From Shigella phage Sf12, in the sequence record MF158039: 47,647 bases of DNA. One strand, given 5' to 3'. The notes beneath the pieces are model-generated. The model saw only the letters and a program-made list of their open reading frames with translations, did no database searches and was not told where the DNA came from. Positions 8,141-17,949 of the stretch are shown here, piece by piece (position 1 is the first letter of the stretch; each line of letters begins with the position of its first letter). Both the position numbers and the translations under genes were made by a program.

Positions 8141-8367
8141 TATTGAATCTCCGCAAAAAGTTGAGGTGCATCTTCTTTAAACTCTTCAATATCACGTTGC
8201 ATCATATCTTCCCAATCATTTAAATCTGCGTGCATGTAACCTTCCTCAAAGCTCATATCTAAACAGCTAGCCATTTTTAATGGGTCTTGATTAAATCCTT
8301 TATCAACAAGTTTCTTTGCAGCTAAACCCTGGAACAGTTCCCATTTAGTTTCAAAAGTTAATTTCAT
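8140..8367 (-). CDS. Hypothetical acidic protein, 75 aa
   Basis: ORF track; 1-bp overlap with upstream gene. Confidence 0.4.
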   Translation of the reverse strand: MKLTFETKWELFQGLAAKKLVDKGFNQDPLKMASCLDMSFEEGYMHADLNDWEDMMQRDIEEFKEDAPQLFAEIQ

Positions 8368-8370
8368 TAC

Positions 8371-8571
8371 TCAAACCTCAATTAAAAAAGATACGTGATT
8401 ACCATTTTCATCAACACAACCATAGTAGCCATCACCTTCATTTGATAGCTGCCAGATATACCCAGCGTTTGATTTTATGCACGCGAAGTTTTCAAACTTT
8501 GCGATAACTTCATAATCTTCCAATAAGGTGAAGTGGCTTGTCTTATCTTTAACACAGATTGCAGTTTTCAT
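8371..8571 (-). CDS. Hypothetical protein, 66 aa
   Basis: ORF track; junction cassette upstream. Confidence 0.4.
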   Translation of the reverse strand: MKTAICVKDKTSHFTLLEDYEVIAKFENFACIKSNAGYIWQLSNEGDGYYGCVDENGNHVSFLIEV

Positions 8572-8610
8572 TATTATTTCCTTTGTTGATTACTTCGTTT
8601 CGATGAAGTG

Positions 8611-8656
8611 ATAATACAACATCCTTGGTTTTCGTCTTTAGCAATTCGTGCTATTT
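8611..8656 (-). promoter_or_regulatory. Junction cassette copy: palindrome (8639..8653), -10-like TATTAT (complement of 8611..8616)
   Basis: tttagcaattcgtgctattt; palindrome encodes the C-terminal NSTNC and stop of the upstream gene. Confidence 0.55.
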
Positions 8657-9051
8657 GAAAGATAATCCTCAATTGCCAACTTAAACATTTCGAACCCATA
8701 GCAGATTGCCGCGTAACCTCCTGTTTCTGATACCTTTTCAAGAAACTCCTTTTGCTCATTTGAAACCTTGCTATCTGATTTTATTGCTCGCTTAAGCTCT
8801 ATTGCGGCAAAGCCATTAGGCCCAATCAGAAGGATATCTGACACGCCTTTGATAACCCCCTCTTGCTTATCCTTCATAGCAGTACCAATAGACTTCAACC
8901 CCTCATTCTTCACGTGCCATGCGAATATCTCTGGGTGATTATGGCGAACCCATGCGATTGAATTGGTTTGGTGAATGCACTCTTTACTTTTATCTTCTGA
9001 CTTCTTATCTAAGAATATTTTAACGCTCATTTTCTGCTCCGTGGTTTTCAT
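8638..9051 (-). CDS. VRR-NUC-like nuclease
   Basis: GVSDILLIGPNGFAAIELKR resembles the VRR-NUC G-x-P/S-D ... E-x-K core. Confidence 0.55.
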   Translation of the reverse strand: MKTTEQKMSVKIFLDKKSEDKSKECIHQTNSIAWVRHNHPEIFAWHVKNEGLKSIGTAMKDKQEGVIKGVSDILLIGPNGFAAIELKRAIKSDSKVSNEQKEFLEKVSETGGYAAICYGFEMFKLAIEDYLSNSTNC

Positions 9052-9550
9052 GGTACCCGATTTCTTTTTCTAAAGACTTCCTGGCTAACACTGCTGACTT
9101 CAAATCCACAAAGTAACCTATGTGCTTCTCCTTGCCGTTTATGTTTATGTAAGCTCTGAATTTCTGCTCTCTCTTGTTCCAGCTAACACCTGTAACCCCT
9201 GAAGTGTTGTCATTCCTTTTGCTTTGATTTTTTAAATTATCCTGCTTAGATACTAACCTTAGATTTTCAATCCTATTGTCATCTCTTATGTGGTTTATAT
9301 GGTCTATCTCCATTCCTTTAGGGATTTTGCCATTATAAATCTCCCATATTATCCTATGTGCAAGAAATGGTTTTTTATTTAAAATTATCTGAATGTATCC
9401 GATGTTTTTGGTTCCAGCCTCTTTGCCTGCATAGTTTCCATTCCATTGGGGCCTAACATCACCCCTCCATTTCCAAAACAACTTAAAATCATCACTTAAT
9501 GAAAAATAATCCAACCAATCAAAATTGCTTATTACTAATGACATCTTCAC
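9020..9550 (-). CDS. HNH homing endonuclease
   Basis: EIDHINHIRDDNRIENLRLV motif; overlaps both neighbours. Confidence 0.8.
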   Translation of the reverse strand: MKMSLVISNFDWLDYFSLSDDFKLFWKWRGDVRPQWNGNYAGKEAGTKNIGYIQIILNKKPFLAHRIIWEIYNGKIPKGMEIDHINHIRDDNRIENLRLVSKQDNLKNQSKRNDNTSGVTGVSWNKREQKFRAYININGKEKHIGYFVDLKSAVLARKSLEKEIGYHENHGAENER

Positions 9551-11462
9551 CCTTCCCGTTTTTACGATGAGTTAGTTTAGTTGGCGCTTTAATGAGATGC
9601 TTCATTTCAAGGATCTTTCTTGCGTTACGGCATGCTAACAAGAATCTACGCTCATTGTTTACCAAAACGTGCGGTAGTATAGCCTTTTGCTGATAAATTG
9701 TTCTAGCTATCTTGTGCGTTGATTCTGGGAAGAACACCTCACGAGCCTTGAACCTTTCGCCTGAATCATCAATCAGCGTGTAAGTGTAAATCAATCCTGA
9801 TTGGTTCTTTGTCAATCCAACATCAAATTCAACAACATCGTAGTAGTCATTTTTTGTATAGTGACGACCCGTTAGCTTCAGGTTTGGGTCTATAAGTGTA
9901 CAATCACAACCTCTACATATTTTTGCAGCAACATCATTCTGTACTCCACATCCCTTAACCAATACTTTTCCGGTTCTTGTGTCCTTTTGATCATCGCATG
10001 TACGGCTTACCCAGAAGTAAGAGCATCTCTCACCACTCTCATCAACATGCATGCAGCGTCGAGCAAAGAAGCTGTTCTCTGTTCCGCATACTGGACACTG
10101 CTTAGTCTCCTTGCCATTACTCTTTCGTAGCTGATATTGAGCCTGCTCAAGAATTGGATTGAAGTACAATGATGCCATGGAGTCCATCGTTCCTGCGAAG
10201 TCCAGAACAAGGTGATCATTCTTAATCATCCCCTTATCTTCATGGAGCTTCTTAAGCTTACGCATTCCGCGACCAAGTAGCTGAACCAGGAGTGTAAGGC
10301 TGCCAATCTTACGCAATATAACGCTAGTATCCCAAGTTGGAACGTTAACGCCGGTGGTGAGAGCCTGAACCTGGAAGCAATATTTAATCTCTCCAGTGAA
10401 GCACTTATCCAGCAACTCCTTGCGCTGCTTCTCTCCTGTTTTTCCAGTAATTATACAGTAAGTCTCACCTTCAGGTAGGTAGCTTGCAGCCTCCTTGCAG
10501 TGTCGCTCTCCCGCGCAAGTTACAAGAACTCCATTCCGATCTTTTGCTGCCAACCACACCTTCTTCATAATCTCAGCTGTCATTGTGCCTGACTGCTGAA
10601 TCTTCTTCTCCATTGCCTCTAGCTGAGATTTCGTGAAGTCCTGAACACCATCATCTGCTGAAGTGTCAAACTCAGAGAGATCATAGCCAACACCATAAGT
10701 AGACCCAAAATTCGTAGGAACAACAGAGCCAAACTCAACCAGATAGTTGGTATCAATATTAGTCGCCGTTTCACGCCAGAACCCAAGCTCCTTAAGGTTC
10801 TCCACAACAATTGGTGTTGTTCCGCGGAAAGGAGAGCCAGTCAGGCCAAATATCCTAAGTTCACGCCCATACTTAGCGCGGCAGCGTTCCATTAAAGTAA
10901 GGATGATAACGGTGTATTGGCTGCGCCCTCTATCTGACGCCTGCTGCGCAGTTTCGTTGTTATCAATTGCCTCTGCGATATCCTGATCATCAATATGGTG
11001 GCACTCATCAATAGCAACTACCGCAGGGAAAAAATCGCCAAGTGACTTCTTAAGCCCACCAACTACCGTACCCTCAGAACCAACAACTACAGGAAAGTAG
11101 GATGATTTAATACCCAAACCTGAACAATATATAGAGTTAGGCACTCCATAATCAGAGATCTCAGAAGCATTCTGGCTAACGAGTTCAGCCTGGCGAGCAA
11201 GGAGAAGCATAGGTAAGCCAAGCTCAGAACAACGTTTAGCTACCATAGCAAATACAAGAGTCTTACCAGCCGACACTGAAGCCATTGCGATGAAAGGGTG
11301 TTTGTATTTGCCAATACGCTTAGCAATCTCATCATACATTACACACTGGTAGCTGTATGGAATCATGCCATTGGATGATGTAAATTTTTCCTGAATCTCT
11401 TTAATCTTATTTTCGCCTAGTTCTTCAATCTGTTTTTGTATTGATTTCAATCGCATAGTCAT
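9519..11462 (-). CDS. SF2 DExH-type DNA helicase with C-terminal zinc-finger-like region
   Basis: Walker A SAGKT, Walker B DECHH, CPVCG ... RRC. Confidence 0.75.
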   Translation of the reverse strand: MTMRLKSIQKQIEELGENKIKEIQEKFTSSNGMIPYSYQCVMYDEIAKRIGKYKHPFIAMASVSAGKTLVFAMVAKRCSELGLPMLLLARQAELVSQNASEISDYGVPNSIYCSGLGIKSSYFPVVVGSEGTVVGGLKKSLGDFFPAVVAIDECHHIDDQDIAEAIDNNETAQQASDRGRSQYTVIILTLMERCRAKYGRELRIFGLTGSPFRGTTPIVVENLKELGFWRETATNIDTNYLVEFGSVVPTNFGSTYGVGYDLSEFDTSADDGVQDFTKSQLEAMEKKIQQSGTMTAEIMKKVWLAAKDRNGVLVTCAGERHCKEAASYLPEGETYCIITGKTGEKQRKELLDKCFTGEIKYCFQVQALTTGVNVPTWDTSVILRKIGSLTLLVQLLGRGMRKLKKLHEDKGMIKNDHLVLDFAGTMDSMASLYFNPILEQAQYQLRKSNGKETKQCPVCGTENSFFARRCMHVDESGERCSYFWVSRTCDDQKDTRTGKVLVKGCGVQNDVAAKICRGCDCTLIDPNLKLTGRHYTKNDYYDVVEFDVGLTKNQSGLIYTYTLIDDSGERFKAREVFFPESTHKIARTIYQQKAILPHVLVNNERRFLLACRNARKILEMKHLIKAPTKLTHRKNGKGEDVISNKQF

Positions 11463-11499
11463 GTTCTCAAATGCCTTTCATGTTCGTTCGATTGACGTT

Positions 11500-11542
11500 A
11501 TAATAACAGCCATCAAAACCAATGTTTAACAAAAAGTGCTAT
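11500..11542 (-). promoter_or_regulatory. Junction cassette copy upstream of the helicase: palindrome-like TAGCA-N5-TGTTA (11527..11541), -10-like TATTAT (complement of 11500..11505)
   Basis: 21-bp gap; leader caatcgaacgaacatgaaagg. Confidence 0.5.
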
Positions 11543-11546
11543 CGAG

Positions 11547-12029
11547 GTGATAAAAGTGACTGAAATTGATAAGCGTACTCTTAACGGTAATAATGGAACC
11601 ATCCGAACAGAAGATAAGAAACCACGTAAACGGCCTTCAGGTTACTATGTGTTAAAGGATGAAGTAAAGGCTGGGCTGAGGGCAAGACTTGAGATTGTTT
11701 TAGACTTCTACGGCAGCAAGGCGAATATGGCGAAGCAATTAAAGGTTACTCGCCAGGCTGTTGAGGAATGGTTTAATCGCGGCATGATGTCGGCACGTGG
11801 CGCCCAGCTTGCTCACAATCGATACAAGCGAACTGGCGAAGGCTTCCGCGCTACATTTTGTCGACCAGACTTGCAGTTTGACGGTAACGGCAAGCCGCTA
11901 ACTCTGCGTTGCAAAAAGCGCCACATGCTACGCGTGGTCACTGATGCAGAATTAGCCACCAAGCCCGAGTGTCGCTCGTGGCGCAAAATTAAAGCAGCTA
12001 ATGAAGCAGCACGAAAAGCTAAAGAGTAA
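11547..12029 (+). CDS. HTH DNA-binding protein, candidate regulator
   Basis: HTH-like KANMAKQLKVTRQAVEEWFNRG; GTG start; divergent from helicase. Confidence 0.5.
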   Translation: MIKVTEIDKRTLNGNNGTIRTEDKKPRKRPSGYYVLKDEVKAGLRARLEIVLDFYGSKANMAKQLKVTRQAVEEWFNRGMMSARGAQLAHNRYKRTGEGFRATFCRPDLQFDGNGKPLTLRCKKRHMLRVVTDAELATKPECRSWRKIKAANEAARKAKE

Positions 12030-12036
12030 CAATTAA

Positions 12037-12067
12037 GGTTGTGCCATAATCGGTGCAACCTTTTTTA
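12037..12067 (+). terminator. Rho-independent terminator
   Basis: ggttgtgccataatcggtgcaacc followed by tttttt. Confidence 0.6.
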
Positions 12068-12081
12068 TTGGATTAAATAGA

Positions 12082-13005
12082 ATGAACTACGACAAGAAAG
12101 AAGTAATGGCAAGAATGAAAGGATTATGGCCGGATGCTTTAGTTAAGTTATGCGGCGTCAATCCTTCAGTATTTAAAACTAAACGCCATCAACCTTGCAT
12201 ATACTGTGGCGGCACTGACAGGTGGCGCTGGACTGACAAGGTTAGTGAGCATGGGGATGGCGGGGCAATTTGCAACCAATGCGGGGCTGGCGACGGCATA
12301 ATTTGGATACAGAAACTACGAGGGGAGTCTTTTAGCGAGGCGGTAAATACTGTTGGTGAGTGGCTAAACCTGGTTCCAGTTGAGGTGATCAACAAGGCTA
12401 ACAAGTCAGCAAGCAGAGTTCAGCGGTACAAAAATGGCGCTCAATCATCTCCTGATAGGATTAATTTGGTAATGAGTAAAACTGAGCTCGTATATGATAG
12501 TCCAATACTTAGATTTGAGGGCTTGCACACATATGATGGAATGAGAGTTGGCAGAAATGATATTGGAGAGGTAATTCACGCTGAGCCTTGCTTTATGGTG
12601 TATGAGGACGGTTTATCAGATGAGCCTTGTAATGTAAAGTTTATCAATGAAGAGGGTGATGAATCATATCTTGCAAAAGATTATACTCGTGGCTCAGTTA
12701 TTCCGGTCAGTGAATGTAGTGATGGGGCAATCTATCTTACGGTGGGTTGGGTTAACGCATTACACGTATCGGCATGCACAAAAAGGACGACATACGACTG
12801 CCTCACTCATCACAACTTAGAGATGGTGGCTTATGAACTTAGAGGTAAGGAGTGCAGAATAGCTTGTCTTGCTGATGATAAAGAGTCGCTTTATGTTGCT
12901 GACGATAGGGGGCTGAAGGTGGTGATTCCAAATGGTGGAAACTTCAAAATGGGGCTTGAGCGAAAGCTATATAGCCCACAAGATCTGATAGATAAGCATT
13001 CATAA
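12082..13005 (+). CDS. DNA primase (P4-type zinc-ribbon N-terminus, Toprim-like C-terminus)
   Basis: HQPCIYCGGTDRWRW ... GAICNQCGAGDGI zinc-ribbon; LYVADDRG. Confidence 0.7.
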   Translation: MNYDKKEVMARMKGLWPDALVKLCGVNPSVFKTKRHQPCIYCGGTDRWRWTDKVSEHGDGGAICNQCGAGDGIIWIQKLRGESFSEAVNTVGEWLNLVPVEVINKANKSASRVQRYKNGAQSSPDRINLVMSKTELVYDSPILRFEGLHTYDGMRVGRNDIGEVIHAEPCFMVYEDGLSDEPCNVKFINEEGDESYLAKDYTRGSVIPVSECSDGAIYLTVGWVNALHVSACTKRTTYDCLTHHNLEMVAYELRGKECRIACLADDKESLYVADDRGLKVVIPNGGNFKMGLERKLYSPQDLIDKHS

Positions 13006-13008
13006 CAA

Positions 13009-13032
13009 TAACCCTCTTCGGAGGGTTTTTTA
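13009..13032 (+). terminator. Rho-independent terminator
   Basis: aaccctcttcggagggtt followed by tttttat. Confidence 0.6.
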
Positions 13033-13083
13033 TTACAACTAATCTGATACAATAGGTTTCATCTATCAAATAGGAGAAATAAA

Positions 13084-14280
13084 ATGGCAATTTATGACGC
13101 AGGAACAGCATCGCTTGCGGCTGACGGAACTGTAACTGGTGTTGGTACTACCTGGAGGCAGCCGTTAACTCTAATTCGAGTTGGTGCGACGATGATTTTC
13201 AACACCACGCCAGCAAGCATTGTAACTATTGCTGAAATTATCAGCGATACAGAAATTAGAGTTTTTAACGATAAGGGCTTTACCGCGCCAGCAGGAACCC
13301 AGTACTCAATTCTTGCTCATGACGGAATTACTGTTCAGGGATTGGCTCAGGATGTTGCAGAGACACTTAGATATTACCAGTCTAATAACTATGTAACCGC
13401 AGATGAAAATGGAAACGTTGAAATTCAGAATGGAGGTACAGGTGCAAGTAGTGCACCAGATGCACGAGCTAACTTAGGTTTAGGTTCGGCAGCTACATTT
13501 GATACCGTTCCTGTAGCTAACGGCGGCACAGGTGCTAACAACGCATCTGACGCGCGCGATAACCTTGGGTTAGGTCCATTATCTACATCTAATGTGGCAC
13601 CAATAGAGAACGGCGGGACTGGAGTAACAACTCGAGAGGAGCTATGGCCTATCGTTCGACCTTTCGACGTGTACGGTAACGTTGGACGCCGAATGGGTTT
13701 ACCGGACGGTATCACACGAAACCACATCACTATGTGGAACTCGGCAGACACGCCGTCGGCAGGTTTCATGAACTATTTAGAAGGCGGATGGTTCAACGGT
13801 GCATGGCGTATCGGTGGGATACGTGGCGGTGGACAGGATCTGGCAGCATGCCAACTGACAGTTGACAGCGGTCAAGGTATGAATTATGACTATGTGTTCA
13901 ACAATAACGGTACAGCGAGCGCTGCAAACTGGGTCAGCACATCTGACCGACGCGTAAAAAAAGACATCGTTGAAATAGCAGACCCGCTAACTAAGATGCG
14001 CTCGATTCGAGGCGTATCATGGACTATGCGCTTCAAAAATAACCCCCTTAAAGGTTTCGGCTTTGTGGCACAGGAAGTGCAAAAGTATTTTCCTGATGCC
14101 GTTAGTGTGGTAAACAAAAACCCCATGACACTTGAAGACGATACAGTTGTTGAGGGTGTCATGAGCGTTGACACATCTGGAGTGTCCGCTGCACTACATC
14201 ACGAAGCCATACTGACACTGATGGATAAAATTGAAGTTCTTGAGTCACGAATATCTTCTCTTGAGGCTGGAGGGAAATAA
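13084..14280 (+). CDS. Side tail fiber with three NGGTGA..A(R)xNLGLG repeats and C-terminal intramolecular-chaperone (peptidase S74-like) domain
   Basis: Repeats at aa 116-180; C-terminal STSDRRVKKDI ... GFGFVAQEVQKYFPDAV. Confidence 0.7.
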   Translation: MAIYDAGTASLAADGTVTGVGTTWRQPLTLIRVGATMIFNTTPASIVTIAEIISDTEIRVFNDKGFTAPAGTQYSILAHDGITVQGLAQDVAETLRYYQSNNYVTADENGNVEIQNGGTGASSAPDARANLGLGSAATFDTVPVANGGTGANNASDARDNLGLGPLSTSNVAPIENGGTGVTTREELWPIVRPFDVYGNVGRRMGLPDGITRNHITMWNSADTPSAGFMNYLEGGWFNGAWRIGGIRGGGQDLAACQLTVDSGQGMNYDYVFNNNGTASAANWVSTSDRRVKKDIVEIADPLTKMRSIRGVSWTMRFKNNPLKGFGFVAQEVQKYFPDAVSVVNKNPMTLEDDTVVEGVMSVDTSGVSAALHHEAILTLMDKIEVLESRISSLEAGGK

Positions 14281-14376
14281 TTAGCCACTTCATGATGCCA
14301 TAAATTAAGTAACGCAAAATCACTTAATGAAGTTATCATGAATATAGTAACGCATCCAATTTAGATTAATTATCAC

Positions 14377-14410
14377 AAAAAAAAGGCCCCGAAAGGGGCC
14401 TTATCTTTCG
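14377..14410. terminator. Bidirectional terminator between convergent fiber and SSB genes
   Basis: aaaaaaaaggccccgaaaggggcctt. Confidence 0.65.
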
Positions 14411-14414
14411 AATA

Positions 14415-14840
14415 TCAGAACGGAATATCCTCTTCGTCATTGAATCGACTTTGCTGCTGAGGTTGCTGGCGTTGCTGCTGCTGTGGTTGTTGCTGGTATT
14501 GCTGCTGTGGTGCCGATTCACCACCTCGCTGGCTAAACATCAACCGAGGATTCTGCAACTCAAGCGTGATATAAGTCTTGCCGTTATGTTCTCGCTCATT
14601 AATAGCCAATGAATCACCGCTCACAGAGATAACCTTTCCTTCCTGGAAGGCTTCATCATACCAGCTAACCTGAGCCTCGCTTGCAAAAAATGTTACTGAG
14701 TAATTTGTGTATTTCCTTTCACCTTCTTTATTTTTATATGACTCTGAAAGTTCAACCTTATACATCTTCCACTGGCCTTTACTGTTTTCCCCAGTCTTTG
14801 TGAAAGGCGTTTTGCGGATATTTCCAGTTAAAGTATGCAT
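14415..14840 (-). CDS. ssb: Single-stranded DNA-binding protein
   Basis: Gln/Pro-rich linker and acidic tail ending DEEDIPF. Confidence 0.75.
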   Translation of the reverse strand: MHTLTGNIRKTPFTKTGENSKGQWKMYKVELSESYKNKEGERKYTNYSVTFFASEAQVSWYDEAFQEGKVISVSGDSLAINEREHNGKTYITLELQNPRLMFSQRGGESAPQQQYQQQPQQQQRQQPQQQSRFNDEEDIPF

Positions 14841-14887
14841 TTTATATTCTCTTCTCGTTTGATTGTGGGGCCGAAGCCCCGTTTAAT

Positions 14888-15538
14888 TTAGAACTGCTCT
14901 ATTGATTGTGATTCTACAGCTTCACTCGGTGCATTTGCAACAACTTTAGTTACTTCTTTTGGTTTTGCTGGGTTAAAGCCACTTGCAGAAGCCATCTTAA
15001 TCTCTGCTTGCTTTTCGATAATCGCCTTCTCTACGATACACCACGTTGCGGCATCAGCTTGTGATTTACAAGCCTTGTAAACCTCTACAAGTTCATCGCG
15101 AGTCTCTGCTTTCTCTACTTCGCGCTTCCAGTCTTTGACGCTCTTGACTGCAAGATTGCCGTCATCATCAGCCTGACTAAGACCGAGAGCTGCCGTAATA
15201 GCGTATCGCCTAGCATAAGTTAATGATGAGCCAGTTCCCTGACAATCATTTTTAGCTAACGGTACAATTGTCAGGAAAGAAACCCATTCAGCAGACTCAG
15301 CATGATAAATCTTAGTCTCAACCTTAATCTGATTCGAGACTTCTGACTCAAGCATACTCTGGAACATTACCAGTCCACTATCTTCAAGCCCTGGCTCTAC
15401 AGCCGCTAGAACGTCATCAAGTGTTGCGTATTTGTTTTTAAGGTGCGAGTTCTGCTTGGACTTTTCAGCCTTGGCAAACTTGCTCTTAGCTTCAAATAGA
15501 GCCTTTAAAACGTTTGTGTTTTTGTCGCTGGTATTCAT
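14888..15538 (-). CDS. Erf-like single-strand annealing recombinase (ORF 14888..15577, start refined to ATG 15538)
   Basis: Adjacent to exonuclease and SSB; leader catcgacaacgagaggaaaagtATG; family call from overall similarity memory. Confidence 0.5.
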   Translation of the reverse strand: MNTSDKNTNVLKALFEAKSKFAKAEKSKQNSHLKNKYATLDDVLAAVEPGLEDSGLVMFQSMLESEVSNQIKVETKIYHAESAEWVSFLTIVPLAKNDCQGTGSSLTYARRYAITAALGLSQADDDGNLAVKSVKDWKREVEKAETRDELVEVYKACKSQADAATWCIVEKAIIEKQAEIKMASASGFNPAKPKEVTKVVANAPSEAVESQSIEQF

Positions 15539-15565
15539 ACTTTTCCTCTCGTTGTCGATGAGGTA

Positions 15566-15608
15566 ACTATACCTCACCGATTTAATGTTGTTTTAGCTAT
15601 TAGTGCTG
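15566..15608 (-). promoter_or_regulatory. Junction cassette copy (degenerate palindrome 15594..15608, -10-like TATAGT complement of 15566..15571)
   Basis: 22-bp gap; conserved leader. Confidence 0.45.
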
Positions 15609-16570
15609 TTTTCGTATTTTGACATGTAGTATGAAGGAACCTGTAGCTCCATAGAGTCCTCAATCATGTTGTAGCCAGGCCAGCGGTCGTACTTCTTGCA
15701 CTGCTTGTATGTCGCCAGGGCTTCCATGTATTGACGCCGACCTAAGGCAATATGTGCATCTGATAGCGTGTAGCACATTGGTAAGTAGGGAGCCTTTTTT
15801 TCTTGAGCTAAAAGCCGAACTAAAACTTTACGTTTTTCGTTGAAAGCACGAACAAACAAATCTCTTTGCAAAGCCATTTTTAGCAGGTAACCATAATTGG
15901 CAGCTAGCCTACCAAACCCTTCAGGAGATGCGTCTGATGTCGTTTTAAAATCTGTAATTATGACCGTATCACCAACAACATCAACGTGGTCCAGCCTAAC
16001 CTTAACTCCGCACTCATTAATCTCTCCGAAGATTGATAGTTCCCTCTGAGCGGTTTCGCTGTTAACTATAGCGTTGTAAGCGGGAATGCCACACAACACC
16101 TCTCGCATCGCTTGTACGGTGTCAAAGTCCTTAGCTGATACAATCTCGCGGCCTTCGGCTTTAATCTCGCTAGATCGCTGGATATCCCACCATACGTTGA
16201 GTGATTCACCAGTCAGCGTCAGCATCTCCATCAATTCAGGGTAATCCTTGCCAGAAGTTCCCGTGATTCCCATCGCCTTAAGTCTTGCGGCTAATGCAGT
16301 CTTGCTTGTGATAAGGTCTTCAAACTCTTCCTGTGCTGGCTGTCGGTAATAAGTAGAATCGAATATGTCACTTTCCAAAATCATTGTATGTGCTGCGCTA
16401 CCAAATGAAAGCGCCCTGCTTTTCTCACTCTCCTGAAATCTAAATGCAGCAGGGCATGTTGAAAATATCTTAGCAAGACCGCTACCCGATACGTGATCAA
16501 CTTCTGAATGATAAGCATCATTTGTTAGCTCATCTCTCGTAAAGACCTTGAATTTCATTTTTCCCACCAT
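15593..16570 (-). CDS. PD-(D/E)XK recombination exonuclease (YqaJ/RecE-like)
   Basis: LDHVDVVGDTVIITDFKT D...D-x-K core; recombination-module context. Confidence 0.6.
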   Translation of the reverse strand: MVGKMKFKVFTRDELTNDAYHSEVDHVSGSGLAKIFSTCPAAFRFQESEKSRALSFGSAAHTMILESDIFDSTYYRQPAQEEFEDLITSKTALAARLKAMGITGTSGKDYPELMEMLTLTGESLNVWWDIQRSSEIKAEGREIVSAKDFDTVQAMREVLCGIPAYNAIVNSETAQRELSIFGEINECGVKVRLDHVDVVGDTVIITDFKTTSDASPEGFGRLAANYGYLLKMALQRDLFVRAFNEKRKVLVRLLAQEKKAPYLPMCYTLSDAHIALGRRQYMEALATYKQCKKYDRWPGYNMIEDSMELQVPSYYMSKYENSTNS

Positions 16571-17078
16571 GCTCTAATGTGAACTTGTTTTTCTTGTTGA
16601 ACTCTAAGCGAACCTTTATGGCCTCCTCCCTTGTATCGAACCTTCCTAGATTTACTGTCTTACCATTTAATCCGGCCCTTGCTATCCACTTGCTTCTATT
16701 TTTATCCCAACAAACACCACAAAAACCAGAAGTGTTATCATCCCTCATTTTTGAATTTCTATTGTTAACTGACTGAGTTACCACTCTAAGGTTTGATATC
16801 TTATTATCATCTCTAAATCCATTAACGTGGTCTATTTGATGCCCTTCTGGTATCTTTGATTTCAAAATCTCCCAAATAGCCCTATGAGCCATGTACTTCA
16901 CATTGTCAATTGTTATGTATATGTATCCTCTCTTCTCATTCTTAACGCCCGCCCTTTTATTTGCAAACCTTGAATTCCACATTTTACATGTCCTTGATGA
17001 TGGGAAATCTGATTCTGGTCTATTCTTCCATATCAGATAACCATCTTCATGGTATGTGAAGTATCTACTCCAATCCAT
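16530..17078 (-). CDS. HNH homing endonuclease
   Basis: QIDHVNGFRDDNKISNLRVV motif. Confidence 0.8.
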   Translation of the reverse strand: MDWSRYFTYHEDGYLIWKNRPESDFPSSRTCKMWNSRFANKRAGVKNEKRGYIYITIDNVKYMAHRAIWEILKSKIPEGHQIDHVNGFRDDNKISNLRVVTQSVNNRNSKMRDDNTSGFCGVCWDKNRSKWIARAGLNGKTVNLGRFDTREEAIKVRLEFNKKNKFTLEHGGKNEIQGLYER

Positions 17079-17081
17079 GAC

Positions 17082-17276
17082 TTACTCCTTAACCTTAATC
17101 ACCTTAACAATCCCACCCAACTCTTCATCGTTAATGCTACCCCACTCCATAGCCTCAGCTTTCGTATCGAACCGCTTAGCATCAGCTTTGTGGTCGCAGT
17201 AACCTGAACCATCCTCGCAGTAGTAGACCGTGCCGAAAATCGGATTGTTTCGCTCTTGAATAATGAAGTATGCCAT
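17082..17276 (-). CDS. Hypothetical protein, 64 aa
   Basis: ORF track. Confidence 0.4.
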   Translation of the reverse strand: MAYFIIQERNNPIFGTVYYCEDGSGYCDHKADAKRFDTKAEAMEWGSINDEELGGIVKVIKVKE

Positions 17277-17346
17277 TTCTCTATCTCTCTTTGTTTGTGT
17301 GATTTAACTATGCCATCCGTGGCTAAGTTTATCCAATTGGTTTTGC

Positions 17347-17949
17347 CTATTGTTTTTCTTTGTATCCTACAGCTTCAAGCAGAAAGTTGGTTAGATGCGG
17401 GTTGCTTTCTAACGACCTCAAAGCAAGCTTGATGTTTCCTGACTCCCAAAGCATCTTAAATGTACTAACAACCATTGCATTTCTGATGTTCGAATCTTCC
17501 ACATTGACCCCATCAAGGAACCTTTTGTTTTTGACAGCTTTGGCTTGAACCTCAAGAATCCCATGAATAAGCGCATCATGCTTTTTCTTAAGGTCTACAA
17601 TTAAATCATAAACAACCTCACGAACGACCTTACTACTGCGCATTCCCATGATTACCATCTGCTTGTAGCTGAGCTCGTAAACCAAAATTTCTGAACGAGC
17701 GTTGCTACCTTTTCTATCTACCATTTTTTGGTAGATAGACGGACCCGCGCCAATACTGATTTGCTTTGAAAATTCATCTTCAATTTGTTTGATGAACTGG
17801 TTGTGCCTCAACCCATCCTCTCCATTTTCCTTTCGAACCTTATTGATTACTGTGTTAAGAAATTCGTGAGAGTCCATAGTGAACTCGCCAATCTCTCCGA
17901 CTTTATTGATGTTATCTAAGTTTAAAATACTCATTTTATATCCCTTCAA
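17347..17949 (-). CDS. Hypothetical protein, 200 aa
   Basis: ORF track; first gene of leftward operon leaving the control region. Confidence 0.4.
   Translation of the reverse strand: MKGYKMSILNLDNINKVGEIGEFTMDSHEFLNTVINKVRKENGEDGLRHNQFIKQIEDEFSKQISIGAGPSIYQKMVDRKGSNARSEILVYELSYKQMVIMGMRSSKVVREVVYDLIVDLKKKHDALIHGILEVQAKAVKNKRFLDGVNVEDSNIRNAMVVSTFKMLWESGNIKLALRSLESNPHLTNFLLEAVGYKEKQ

Noticed and set aside
10007-10986. ORFs 10007..10219, 10619..10810 and 10747..10986 inside the helicase gene
   Set aside because: Embedded in or antisense to a gene with clear helicase motifs
13425-14174. Minus-strand ORFs 13425..13769 and 13890..14174
   Set aside because: Antisense to the tail-fiber gene; low-complexity translations
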